A DNA stretch of 64,000 nucleotides from an uncultured delta proteobacterium (GCA_963814585.1 CAWFDF010000004.1:320001-384000), one strand, 5' to 3'. Counted from the first letter of the stretch, positions 53,328 through 62,891 are shown. Numbers and translations: made by a program. The notes: a model not told the origin generated them from the letters alone.

Positions 53328-54872
53328 CTAGGCCTTGCCGCGGCCGCCGACGGTGATGGACGAGACCCGGATGGTGGGCAGCCCCTGCGAGACCGGTACG
53401 CCCTGCCCGTTCTTGCCGCAGGTCCAGCCCCCCTCGTCGATGGCGAGGTCGTCGGCCACCATGTCCACCTTCTCCAGGACCTTGGGGCCGTTGCCGATGA
53501 CGTTGACGTCCTTGACGGGCCGGGTGAGCTTGCCGTCCTCGATGAGGAAGCCGTTCTTCACGTAGAAGGTGAAGTCGCCGCCGCCGATGTTGACCTGGCC
53601 GTTGGTGAAGTTGGTGCAGTAGATCCCCTTCTTCACCGAGGCGATGATCTCGTCCTTCTTGTGCGGGCCGTTCTCCATGTAGGTCGAGCGCATGCGCGGC
53701 TGGGGGGCGAACTGGTAGCTCTGGCGGCGGCCGCTCCCGGTGGAGGCCAGGCCGTAGTGCCGGGCGCTGATGGCGTCGTGCAGGTAGGTCCGCAGCACGC
53801 CGCCCTCGACCAGCATGGTCCGGCCGGCCGGGTTCCCCTCGTCGTCCACGTTGATGGAGCCGCGGGCCCCCTCGATGGTGGCGTCGTCGACGATGTTCAC
53901 GAAGGGCTGGGCGATGGGCTTGCCGATCTTGTCGGAGTAGATGGAGGTGTTCTTGCGGTTGAAGTCGGCCTCCATGCCGTGGCCGATGGCCTCGTGGAGC
54001 AGGATCCCGGAGGAGCCGGCGGCCAGCACCACCGGGATCTCGCCGGCCGGCGCCGGGACCGCCTCGAAGAGGACGGTGGTGCGGGCCACCGCCTCCCTCA
54101 CCACCCGCGCCAGGCGATCCGGCGTGTAGTACTCGAGGCCGGCGCGCCCGGCCACGTTGTAGTAGCCCGACTCGCGCTTGCCGCCCTGCTCGGCCACGCA
54201 GCTGAGGACGAGCCGGGTCATGGGCTGCAGGTCCTCGACCAGCCGTCCCTGCGAGTCGGCAATGAGCACGGCGCCGTACTCGTCGCCGAAGGAGACGGTG
54301 GCCTTCTTGATGCGCGGGTCGGCGGCGAAGGCCCGGGCGTTGAGGTCGGTGAGCAGCGGGATCTTCTGCCCCGGCCGCACCTCGTCCCAGCGCAGCCGGA
54401 CCGGGTAGCGGGAGGGGAGCCGGCCGGCGACGCGGAAGCGCTGCGGCGCGGCGCCCGACGGGCCGTCGGCGATGGCGGCGGCGGTGAGGGCGCACTCGCG
54501 GACGGCGGCCGGGTCGAGGTCCTCGGTGAAGCCGTACCCCTGCTGGTCGCCCTTGACGGCGCGGACCCCGAGGCCCAGCTCGACGTTGACGAAGGCGCGG
54601 TTCACGGCGCCGTCCTCCAGCGTCAGGCTGGAGGAGACCCGGTGCTGCACGAAGACGTCGGCGGTGTCGGCCCCGCGCGACAGCGCCGCGGCGATGGCCC
54701 CGGCCAGCAGCGCCTCGTCGATGCCGAAGCGGCCGAAGTAGGAGATCCCCTCGCTGGCCCCCGGCGGCCGCACCGCCGCGCAGGCCAGCAGGTCGCCGGC
54801 GCCGGCGATGGCCAGCCCGGCGCCCGAGAGCTCGAGAAATCTCCGCCGTCCCATCCGTTCGCCGCTCGCCAT
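53328..54872 (-). CDS. tldD: TldD metalloprotease with a Tat (lipoprotein) signal
   Basis: HEAIGHGMEAD, DDEG, PRM, CGKNGQ; N-terminus GRRRFLELSG...LLAC. Confidence 0.92.
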   Translation of the reverse strand: MASGERMGRRRFLELSGAGLAIAGAGDLLACAAVRPPGASEGISYFGRFGIDEALLAGAIAAALSRGADTADVFVQHRVSSSLTLEDGAVNRAFVNVELGLGVRAVKGDQQGYGFTEDLDPAAVRECALTAAAIADGPSGAAPQRFRVAGRLPSRYPVRLRWDEVRPGQKIPLLTDLNARAFAADPRIKKATVSFGDEYGAVLIADSQGRLVEDLQPMTRLVLSCVAEQGGKRESGYYNVAGRAGLEYYTPDRLARVVREAVARTTVLFEAVPAPAGEIPVVLAAGSSGILLHEAIGHGMEADFNRKNTSIYSDKIGKPIAQPFVNIVDDATIEGARGSINVDDEGNPAGRTMLVEGGVLRTYLHDAISARHYGLASTGSGRRQSYQFAPQPRMRSTYMENGPHKKDEIIASVKKGIYCTNFTNGQVNIGGGDFTFYVKNGFLIEDGKLTRPVKDVNVIGNGPKVLEKVDMVADDLAIDEGGWTCGKNGQGVPVSQGLPTIRVSSITVGGRGKA

Positions 54873-55047
54873 GCGTCATCCTCCTCGGGACACCGGGTGG
54901 GCCCGGCGCCTGCGCGTCAGGGTACCCCCGGCGCCGCTGCCCCGCAGGAGGAAACGCCCGCCCTCCGGCGCGCGACCCGGGGGGTCAGGATGGGAGGCGG
55001 GAAGAGCCGGTCCGTGACACCCCCACCTCCGCTATCCTGCCGGCTCC

Positions 55048-56343
55048 ATGCCTCCCCCCCCGGCCGCCGCGCCGCCCGCGCCCCGCTCGCTCTTCGCCGG
55101 CGCCGCCGGCCAGGCGCTGCTGGTGCTCTCGGTCGTCAACCTGCTCAACTACCTCGACCGCTTCGTGGTCTCGGCGCTGGCCGAGAGCCTCAAGCGCTCC
55201 GCGCTCCAGCTCTCCGACACCCGGCTCGGCCTGCTCATGACCGGCTTCGTGGTGGTCTACATGCTGGCCTCGCCGGTCTTCGGCGCCCTCGGCGACCGCC
55301 GCGCCCGCCCGCCGCTGGTGGCGCTGGGTGTCTTCACCTGGAGCCTCGCCACCGTGCTGGCCGGCTTCGCCGGCAGCTTCCTCGCCCTCTTCCTGGCGCG
55401 CGCCGCGGTCGGCATCGGCGAGGCGGCCTACGGCACCATCGCTCCCGGCCTGCTCGCCGACCTCTACCCGAGGACCCGGCGGGGCCGCGTCATGGCGGTC
55501 TTCTTCGCCGCCATCCCCGTCGGCGCCGCCCTCGGCTACGTCGTCGGAGGCCTGGTCGACCACGCCCTCGGCTGGCGGGCCGCCTTCTTCGTCGCCGGCG
55601 CGCCCGGGCTGCTGCTGGCGCTGCTCTGCCTCCGGCTGCCCGACCCGCCGCGCGGCGGACAGGACGAGGCGCCCGCCGAGGCGCCGCCCACCACCGCCGC
55701 CACCTACCGCGACCTGTTCCGCAACCGGGGCTACCTGGTCACCGTGCTCGGCTACGCCGCCTACACCTTCGCGGTGGGCGGGATGGCCTTCTGGATGCCG
55801 TCGTTCCTGGAGCGGGTGCGCGGGGTGCCGCCCGCCGAGGCCACCGTCCAGTTCGGCGCCATCGTGGTGGTCACCGGGTTCGCCGGCACCTTCGCGGGAG
55901 GCTGGCTCGGCGACTTCCTGCTCCGCCGCTCGGCGCAGGCCTACCTCTGGCTCTCCGGCGTCACCGCGCTGCTGGCCGCCCCGCTGGCCTGGGTCGCCTT
56001 CACCGATCCCCGCCCGGCGGCCTACCTGCCGGCGATGGTGGTGGCGGAGCTGCTCCTCTTCGCCTCCACCGGCCCCATCAACTCGGCCATCCTGAACGAG
56101 GTCCGCCCCGGCGAGCGGGCCACCGCGGTGGCGCTCAGCATCCTCACCATCCACCTGTTCGGCGACGTCCCGTCGCCGCCGATGATCGGCTGGATCTCCG
56201 ACCGCTCGTCGCTCGACCGCGGCGTCCTGGTGGTGCCGGTCGCCATCTTCCTGGCCGGCGCGATCTGGACGCTCGAGGCCTGGCTGGCGGGGCGCCGGAG
56301 GGGGCCGGCCCCGCCGGTGGCGCCCGCCCCCGGCGCCGATTAG
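55048..56343 (+). CDS. MFS transporter (spinster-like)
   Basis: NLLNYLDR, GALGDRR, VGIGEA, HLFGDVPSP; 12-TM pattern. Confidence 0.9.
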   Translation: MPPPPAAAPPAPRSLFAGAAGQALLVLSVVNLLNYLDRFVVSALAESLKRSALQLSDTRLGLLMTGFVVVYMLASPVFGALGDRRARPPLVALGVFTWSLATVLAGFAGSFLALFLARAAVGIGEAAYGTIAPGLLADLYPRTRRGRVMAVFFAAIPVGAALGYVVGGLVDHALGWRAAFFVAGAPGLLLALLCLRLPDPPRGGQDEAPAEAPPTTAATYRDLFRNRGYLVTVLGYAAYTFAVGGMAFWMPSFLERVRGVPPAEATVQFGAIVVVTGFAGTFAGGWLGDFLLRRSAQAYLWLSGVTALLAAPLAWVAFTDPRPAAYLPAMVVAELLLFASTGPINSAILNEVRPGERATAVALSILTIHLFGDVPSPPMIGWISDRSSLDRGVLVVPVAIFLAGAIWTLEAWLAGRRRGPAPPVAPAPGAD

Positions 56344-56361
56344 GCGAGGGGGGAGGTCCAC

Positions 56362-57263
56362 ATGGCCACCCACGTCCCGCGCTCCGTCCTCGCCGTCATC
56401 CCCGCCACCGAGACCCTGGAAGGGGCTGGCTTCAGGGTTCGCCGCCCCTTCCCGACCCGGCCGCTCGACCACCTCGATCCCTTCCTGCTCCTCGACGAGA
56501 TGGGGCCGATGGACCTCTCGCCCGGTGAGGCCAAGGGAGCGCCGGACCACCCGCACCGCGGCTTCGAGACCGTCACCTACCTGCTGTCCGGCGAGTTCGT
56601 CCACCGCGACTCGCAGGGCGGTGGCGGCGTGATCCGGCCCGGCGAGGTGCAGTGGATGACGGCCGGCGCCGGCGTGGTCCACTCCGAGATGCCCAGCGCC
56701 GCCTTCCAGAGGACCGGTGGACGGATGCACGGCTTCCAGCTCTGGGTGAACCTGCCGCGCAGCGAGAAGCTGGTGCCGCCCCGCTACCAGGGGCTGGGCG
56801 GGGCCACCCTGCCCACCGCACGCAGCGCCGACGGGCTGGCCGGGGTGAAGGTGATCGCCGGCGAGGCGCTGGGCGCCCGCGCCGCCACGGCGACGCACAC
56901 GCCCATCCTCTACGTCCACGCCACGCTCCAGCCCGGGGGCACCCTGGCGCTGCCGGTGGCGAGGGGCTGGACCGCCTTCACCTACGTCTTCGAGGGGCGG
57001 GCCCGCGTCGGCCGCGACGGGCGGGCGGCCGGCCCGGGCTCGATGGTGATCCTGAAGGACGACGGCGACGAGGTCTCCCTGGCCGCCGACGGCGACGCCC
57101 CGGCGCAGGCGCTGGTGCTGGCCGGGAAGCCGATCGGCGAGCCGGTGGCGCGCTACGGACCGTTCGTCATGAGCACCGAGCAGGAGCTGCGCCAGGCCTT
57201 CGCCGACTACCAGGCCGGCCGGATGGGCGGATCCCGGCCGAGGTGGCGCGCGAGGAGGCCTGA
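56362..57263 (+). CDS. Pirin family protein (probable frameshift near 57225; true end about 57263)
   Basis: DPFLLLD, HPHRGFETVT, WMTAG.G..HSE, QLWVNLP, GPFVM. The track ORF overruns the convergent gene, whereas the shifted frame ends RIPAEVAREEA*. Confidence 0.88.
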
Positions 57264-57278
57264 GGACGGGACCGCGGC

Positions 57279-57842
57279 TCAGGGCGTCCCGGACCCCGGC
57301 GCCCGGCCGGGGCCCGCGGGCTGGAGGGTCCTGGCCAGCCTGCCGGTCTCGTACCCCTGGGCCTGCAGGCGCGCCAGGATGGCCTGGTAGGTGGCCTCGG
57401 GCATCGCGGGCGTGCGGCTCAAGATCCACAGGTAGTCGCGGTTGGGATGGCCGACCACGGCGAACTCGTAGTCGGCCCCGAGGTCGACGATCCAGTAGTC
57501 GCCCCAGAAGGGCCGGAAGAAGCTCACCTCCAGCCTGGCGTTGCTGACGCGGTCCACCACCCGGGCGCGCCCCCGGGCCGACCTCTCCTGGCCGTCGAGC
57601 GCGTCCTGGCGGCAGCGGTTGAGCACGTCGATCTGGCCGTCGTCACGGATCGTGTACGTGGCGGTGGTGGCGGTGCAGCCGCGCTGGAAGCTCTGGGGGA
57701 AGCTGGCGATCTCGTACCAGGTCCCGACGTAGCGCCCCAGCTCGACGCGCTCCACCGTCCGAAGCGGCGGGAGGCGGAGGCGCTCGGTGGTGGTGGTGGC
57801 GCAGCCGGCCAGGAGCGTGAGCAGGGCGGTGACGAGCCACAT
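57279..57842 (-). CDS. blc: Outer-membrane lipoprotein lipocalin Blc
   Basis: GAGGAG RBS, LLAGC lipobox, RYVGTWYEIA, VSFF.PF.GDYW, YLWILSR. Confidence 0.9.
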   Translation of the reverse strand: MWLVTALLTLLAGCATTTTERLRLPPLRTVERVELGRYVGTWYEIASFPQSFQRGCTATTATYTIRDDGQIDVLNRCRQDALDGQERSARGRARVVDRVSNARLEVSFFRPFWGDYWIVDLGADYEFAVVGHPNRDYLWILSRTPAMPEATYQAILARLQAQGYETGRLARTLQPAGPGRAPGSGTP

Positions 57843-58313
57843 GGCGTGTGCTCCTCGGCCTCGGCGCCCGCGCAGGAAGCCGTGCAGCCGGTGGAACCAG
57901 CCGGCGTCCGGAAGGGCCATGAACGGGCAGAGGCCGGTGACCGGCTCGACGCCGGCCGCCTGGCAGGCGGCAACCGCCTCCGGGTTCGACGCACCGGCGC
58001 CTCCGCCGCGGTGGAACCAGAGCCGGCGAACGCCGGCGGCCAGCGCCTCCTCGGCGGCGGCGGCGGTCTGGCCCGGCGCGGTGAAGAAGATGGCCCCGTC
58101 CACGGGCGGCGCCACGTCCTTCACCCGGGCGAAGGCGGTCCGCCCATCCAGCTGGGCGCCGGCCGCCGCCGGGTTGACCGGCACCACGTCGTAGCCTCGC
58201 TTCAGGAGCTCGCGCTGCACCATCCGGGAGAAGTCCTTCTCGTCCCGCGACACCCCGACCAGCGCCAGCCGCTTCTGCGCCAGCATCTCCCGGGCCCGCT
58301 CCAGCGTGTTCAT
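57843..58313 (-). CDS. CoA-binding protein (YccU-like); reads in frame into blc with no stop
   Basis: ALVGVSR..K, GYDVVPVNP, LWFH, CPFM. Confidence 0.8.
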
Positions 58314-58350
58314 CGGATCGCCTCCGTCCTCGTGTGGCCACGCCCGCCGG

Positions 58351-59451
58351 TCACAGGGCCTCCCCGAACCTCGCCGCCCCGAGCGCGCGCCCCAGCGCGG
58401 CGTCGCTGCCGGGATCCCCGCCCGGGAGCGACAGGTGCAGGTGGAGGCAGACGCCGTCACGGTAGCGCCAGGCGGAGAGGTGCCGCGTGGGCGCTCCCTC
58501 GTCGCGCACCGTGTACCAGGCCCGCGCCTCGCCGGCGCTCACCTCGAGCCGCGCGTCGCCCACCCCCTCCAGCTTCACCATCCGTGCCCAGTCGAGGTCC
58601 CGGCAGGACTCGGCGCTGCGCCGCCCCTGCGACTCGACCAGGGACGCCGAGAGGATCAGGCCGTCGGACTGGCGCTGCCCGAGCACCGAGACGCCGCTGC
58701 CGTCGAACCGGCGGATCGGCTCGGCCACCCTCCACCCGGCCAGGTCGAGGAGCAACGACCATGGCCTTCCCGGCAGCTCGAGCTCCAGCGGCTCGACGCC
58801 CTGGACGGCCCAGCTGGACGGGTCGGCGCTCCTCCGGCTGGGCGGCTCGGACGGAGCCGACGACCGGGCGGGCCGGTGGCTGGCGCCCGAGACCAGCCCC
58901 AGGGCCACGGCGCGATGCGGGCCGTCGCCGTCGTCGAGCAGGCCGAAGGCGAGGACCAGCGGCCCGGCCACCACCGCGCCCTCGACGATGCAGCGGTACT
59001 CGTCTGGATCGGGGGCCCGCCGGCTCTCCACCAGCTCCCGGTCGGTGGAGGTGAAGTACCAGCCCCGCAGCCCCGGTGGCCCGAGCGGCAGGATGGGGAT
59101 TTCCTGCTCGAGCGCCCCGTCCAGCGCCCGGTCGCGCGACGCCTCGACCAGCATGCGGGCCACCTCGGGATCGAGCGCCTCGGCCGGCTCGCCTGGCCCC
59201 CAGAGCGGCGTGACCGTGAGGACGTGGTGGCCGGTGGGCGGCTCGAACCGGATCGACACCGGCGCCGCCGGCTCGGCCTCGGCGCTGGTGGCCTTCCACC
59301 CGTCCGGGACCAGGAAGACCACCTCGCCCCGCTCGCCGACGTCGACCGCCAGCCTGACGCCAGCCGGCGCCGCCCTGGCCGGCGGCGAGCCGGCGTGGGC
59401 GCAGGCGGTCACGGCGACGGCGAGGAGGACGGCGGCCGGGGAGCGACGCAT
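58351..59451 (-). CDS. Hypothetical lipoprotein
   Basis: MRRSPAAVLLAVAVTAC lipobox; 366-aa ORF. Confidence 0.65.
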   Translation of the reverse strand: MRRSPAAVLLAVAVTACAHAGSPPARAAPAGVRLAVDVGERGEVVFLVPDGWKATSAEAEPAAPVSIRFEPPTGHHVLTVTPLWGPGEPAEALDPEVARMLVEASRDRALDGALEQEIPILPLGPPGLRGWYFTSTDRELVESRRAPDPDEYRCIVEGAVVAGPLVLAFGLLDDGDGPHRAVALGLVSGASHRPARSSAPSEPPSRRSADPSSWAVQGVEPLELELPGRPWSLLLDLAGWRVAEPIRRFDGSGVSVLGQRQSDGLILSASLVESQGRRSAESCRDLDWARMVKLEGVGDARLEVSAGEARAWYTVRDEGAPTRHLSAWRYRDGVCLHLHLSLPGGDPGSDAALGRALGAARFGEAL

Positions 59452-59491
59452 ACCCTCGTGTTCTATCCCGTGCGCCGTGCCCGGGCGAGGC

Positions 59492-60094
59492 ATGATGTGG
59501 GTCGTGAAGAGGACCGCCCGGCTGGCGCTGGCCAATCTCGAGCTCCTGGTCGAGGCGGTGCGCGCCATCGCGCCGGAGCGCGGGCTGGCGCTGGAGCTGG
59601 GGAGTGGCAGCGGCGAGCACGCGCTGGCGCTGGCCCGCGCCTTCCCGGCGCTCGTCTGGCAACCCTCCGACCCCGATCCGGCCGCCCGGGCCAGCATCGC
59701 CGCCTGGCGAGACGAGGCGCGACTCCCCAACCTGCGGCCGCCGCTCGACCTCGACCTGCTGTCGCCGGCCTGGCGCCGCGTCGCCGCCGACCTGCTGCTC
59801 TGCGTGAACGTGCTCCACGTGGCGCCGCCGACCGCCGGCGTGGCGCTCCTCGACGGCGCCGCCGCGCTGGCCCCGGGCGTGGCGCTGCTCCTCTACGGCC
59901 CGTTCCTGGACGGGCCGCCGCCGCCACGCCTGGCCCGCTTCGACGCCGAGCTGCGAGCGCACGACCCCTCGCTCGGCATCCGGCCGCTGGCGTCGCTGCT
60001 CTCGGCGGCCAGCGCCCGCGGCCTCCTCCTCGAGTCCCGCCGGACGGGGCGCGAGCCGGGCGACGTCCTGCTGGTGTTTCGCCGCGGGCCCTGA
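59492..60094 (+). CDS. DUF938-family SAM-dependent methyltransferase
   Basis: LELGSGSGEH, WQPSD, NVLH, LYGPF, FDAELR..GIR. Confidence 0.85.
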   Translation: MMWVVKRTARLALANLELLVEAVRAIAPERGLALELGSGSGEHALALARAFPALVWQPSDPDPAARASIAAWRDEARLPNLRPPLDLDLLSPAWRRVAADLLLCVNVLHVAPPTAGVALLDGAAALAPGVALLLYGPFLDGPPPPRLARFDAELRAHDPSLGIRPLASLLSAASARGLLLESRRTGREPGDVLLVFRRGP

Positions 60095-60197
60095 CGGCGC
60101 CACGCTCCGGGGCGAGACGGGAGAAGCGCCCGGACGGCCTGGATGGCCGCGCGGGCGCTTCGGGTACCAAGGCCGGACCGGCCGGCGGTCGCAGCGA

Positions 60198-60476
60198 CTA
60201 CTTCTTGTGGCACTCAGCGCACTTGGTCGGGCCCTTCTGGCCTTCCTTGTGGCAGGTCTGGCAGAGGGCGTGGGCCTTGTCCTTCCCCATCTTGCCGATG
60301 GCCTTCGGCTCGCCCGCGCCGTGGCACTTGTCGCAGGCCACCGGCTTGTGGGTGTCGTGCTTGAAGGTGACGTTGCCCTGCTTGGCCTCCAGGACCTTCG
60401 GCGCGGTCGGGGCGTTGGCGGCCTGGACGGCGACGGCGAAGAGGACGGCGGCGACGGCGAACATGAAGCGCTTCAT
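60198..60476 (-). CDS. Periplasmic triheme cytochrome c7 (PpcA-like)
   Basis: Signal peptide; GNVTFKH..H, CDKCH, KAH, CQTCH, GPTKCAECHKK; AAGGAG RBS. Confidence 0.93.
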   Translation of the reverse strand: MKRFMFAVAAVLFAVAVQAANAPTAPKVLEAKQGNVTFKHDTHKPVACDKCHGAGEPKAIGKMGKDKAHALCQTCHKEGQKGPTKCAECHKK

Positions 60477-60549
60477 GGTGTGCTCCTTCGAGAGTGTCCG
60501 GTGAAGCCCGGGAACGCGCAATCTACACGGACGGTGGAGCCGCCCCGTT

Positions 60550-60587
60550 GCGGCATTGGGACGCATGCGGGTGCGGCAATCCGTCGC
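60550..60587. promoter_or_regulatory. Tandem RegA/RegR/PrrA-like boxes upstream of the cytochrome c7 gene
   Basis: GCGGC-ATTGG-GACGC (60550-64) and GCGGC-AATCC-GTCGC (60573-87). A -10 TAGATT lies on the minus strand at 60520-25. Confidence 0.45.
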
Positions 60588-60649
60588 GGGGTGGGCCGCG
60601 TCGCCGGGTGGCGAGGTGGGAGCGCGGCGTGACGCTCCGTGTTGATGGG

Positions 60650-61510
60650 TCAGGCGACCTGGACCGCGTAGCGGGCGTTGTGGCCGAAGAGCGCCAGCTG
60701 GGCCCCCTCCAGCTCGGACAGGGTCAGCAACCTGCGCTCGAGGAAGAACTGGCCGATGCGGCGCTGCCCCTGGCTCTGGCGACCGACCAGCGCGAGCAGC
60801 TGCGCGCGGGTGAGGAAGCCGCGGCGCACGGCGAACTGCCCGAACGGCTCGGCCTGCACCCCCTCGCGCCTCCTCCGCTCCAGCAGGTCGGTGACGTCGC
60901 GCTGGCCGAGCATCCCCAGGTCGATCGCCAGCCGGCCGAGGGCGGGGCGCTGCCCGCGCTGCCAGGCCAGCGCGGCGACGTAGTCCTGCCAGCTGGCCCG
61001 CCCGGAGTAGTAGAGGAACTCGGCGAAGCGCAGCCGGCGGCGCGGCAGCCGCGGCCCGGGGCCCTGGGCGGCGCGAGCGGTCGGAGGCGGCGAGGGGCGT
61101 GGTGCCGGGGCGCGGGCCGCCGGGGGCGCGGCGGCGCGCGAGGGGCCGTGCCCGGGCGAGACGGTGCCCGGAGCCCTGCCGGGAGGCGACGGCGCGCGAG
61201 GGGCCGTGCCCGGGCGAGATGGAGCGCCCGGAGCCGGGCGGGGAGGTGACGGCGCGCCCCGCGTCGCGGCATACGACTCGAGCAGCGCGAACGCCTCGGT
61301 CACCGCCCGGAACTCGCGCTGCAGCACCGCCTCGCTCTTGCCGAGGACGGCAGCGCGATCGGGGTGCGTCTCGAGCACGCGCCGGTGCCAGGCGGACCGG
61401 AGGCCCTCGCGCCAGGCGGGACCGTGGACGGCCGCGGCGAAGCCGGGTCCGAAGAGGACCGTGCCCGCCCGGACCAGCTCCTCCCAGCTCACCTCGCGCT
61501 GCGCCACCAT
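60650..61510 (-). CDS. J-domain-containing protein with a Pro-rich linker
   Basis: LETHPDRA..FRAVTEAF (HPD motif); C-terminal RFAEFLYYSG..WQR.QRP.LG..FGQFAV..G.L repeats. Confidence 0.8.
   Translation of the reverse strand: MVAQREVSWEELVRAGTVLFGPGFAAAVHGPAWREGLRSAWHRRVLETHPDRAAVLGKSEAVLQREFRAVTEAFALLESYAATRGAPSPPRPAPGAPSRPGTAPRAPSPPGRAPGTVSPGHGPSRAAAPPAARAPAPRPSPPPTARAAQGPGPRLPRRRLRFAEFLYYSGRASWQDYVAALAWQRGQRPALGRLAIDLGMLGQRDVTDLLERRRREGVQAEPFGQFAVRRGFLTRAQLLALVGRQSQGQRRIGQFFLERRLLTLSELEGAQLALFGHNARYAVQVA
61133..61258. repeat. Tandem duplication of about 60 bp in the J-protein linker
   Basis: ggcgcgcgaggggccgtgcccgggcgaga occurs at 61133 and 61191, and each copy continues with gcccggagcc..gggagg.gacggcgcgc. 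Confidence 0.8.
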
Positions 61511-61663
61511 CGCCCCCTGGGGTCCCCGGCCGATATCGGCGGGAATCTAGGATCGCGGCCGGGGGAGGCGAGTTTTCGGCCGGTCGGATCCGGCCGTGCT
61601 GCAAGTGGATTTTGATCCGCTGCCCTCTTTCAAGGCAGCGTGCCCGGGTGCCATAACGCCCGC

Positions 61664-62449
61664 ATGCTCAGGAAGGTCGTCCGGATCGACGAGGCGAAGT
61701 GCGACGGCTGCGGCGAGTGCATCAGCGCCTGCGCCGAGGGGGCCATCGCGCTGGTGGGCGGCAAGGCCCGGCTGGTCTCCGACGTCTACTGCGACGGGCT
61801 CGGCGCCTGCCTGGGCGAGTGCCCGCAGGACGCCATCACGGTCGAGGAGCGGGAGGCCGACGACTTCGACGAGGCCGCGGTCGGCGAGCACCTGAGGCGC
61901 CTGGGCCGCGCCCCGCTCCCCCACCCGGTCACGGCGCCGGCGCCGCACGGCCATGCCCACGGCGCCCATGCCCACGCCGGCTGCCCGGGCTCGGCGCCCC
62001 GCGAGCTCCAGCGCCCCTCCCTCTCGGTGCTGAGGGACGCCCCCGGTCCCGCCGTGGCGCCGGCCCCGCGCCAGGGCGGCTCGACGCTCGGCCACTGGCC
62101 CGTGCAGCTCAAGCTGGTCCCGCCCCACGCGCCGTGGCTCGCCGGCGCCGACCTGCTGGTGGCGGCCGACTGCGTGCCGTTCGCGTACGCCAGCTTCCAC
62201 GCCGACTTCCTGGCCGGCAAGAAGGTCCTGGTCGGCTGCCCCAAGCTCGACGACAACCAGGCCTACGCCGCCAAGCTCGGCGACATCTTCGCCCGCAACG
62301 ACGTCCGCTCGGTGACCGTGGTCCGCATGGAGGTGCCCTGCTGTGGCGGCATCTCCTGGGCGGCGCGCGAGGGGCTGGCGCGGAGCGGCAAGCAGGTGCC
62401 GCTGCGCGACGTGGTGATCGGCGTCGACGGTGGCCTGCGACAGGGCTAG
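61664..62449 (+). CDS. 4Fe-4S dicluster ferredoxin-domain protein
   Basis: CDGCGECISAC, CDGLGACLGECP, GCPGS, WPVQL, AADC, GCPKLD, MEVPCC. Confidence 0.92.
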   Translation: MLRKVVRIDEAKCDGCGECISACAEGAIALVGGKARLVSDVYCDGLGACLGECPQDAITVEEREADDFDEAAVGEHLRRLGRAPLPHPVTAPAPHGHAHGAHAHAGCPGSAPRELQRPSLSVLRDAPGPAVAPAPRQGGSTLGHWPVQLKLVPPHAPWLAGADLLVAADCVPFAYASFHADFLAGKKVLVGCPKLDDNQAYAAKLGDIFARNDVRSVTVVRMEVPCCGGISWAAREGLARSGKQVPLRDVVIGVDGGLRQG

Positions 62450-62459
62450 ATCACCCCGG

Positions 62460-62891
62460 GTGAGCGCCCGGGTCCTCCAGTTCGGCCTCGACGAGCTGCG
62501 CCGCGCCTTCGGCCACCAGGCCACGCCGGGCCTGGACCCGCGCCACGACACCGCCCCGTTCCGCGCCTTCCGCGCCGCGCTCCTCGACGCGGCGGCCAGC
62601 GCCGCCGTCCGCCCCTGCGACCTCCACATGGCCTGGGCGGGCACCTTCAACGGCTACCGGCTGCTCGTCACCGTCGAGCCGCCCGACGCGCTGCCCGGCC
62701 TCGACCTGGACCGCGTCTGCGCCGCCGAGCACGACGAGGTCGCGCCAGCCCGCCCGGATCGGTATCCTCTGGCCCACGTCGAGCCGGGCCTCGCCACCGT
62801 GGCGCGCGCGGCCGACGGCACCACCCATGAGGCGCCCTTCGGGGCCGCCACCGGCCACTTCGGCGCGCCGGGGATTCGGAGGCTTCGATGA
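62460..62891 (+). CDS. Hypothetical protein
   Basis: 143-aa ORF between the ferredoxin and quinone oxidoreductase genes; ATGA overlap downstream. Confidence 0.65.
   Translation: MSARVLQFGLDELRRAFGHQATPGLDPRHDTAPFRAFRAALLDAAASAAVRPCDLHMAWAGTFNGYRLLVTVEPPDALPGLDLDRVCAAEHDEVAPARPDRYPLAHVEPGLATVARAADGTTHEAPFGAATGHFGAPGIRRLR

Noticed and set aside
57264..57390. C-terminal extension of pirin overlapping blc
   Set aside because: Better explained by a single-base deletion near 57225; the shifted frame stops at 57263, just before the convergent gene.
60477..60650. GEMM cyclic-dinucleotide riboswitch upstream of the c7 cytochrome
   Set aside because: No GEMM-I signature (tetraloop/receptor pair, GCAAA-type motifs) recognisable.
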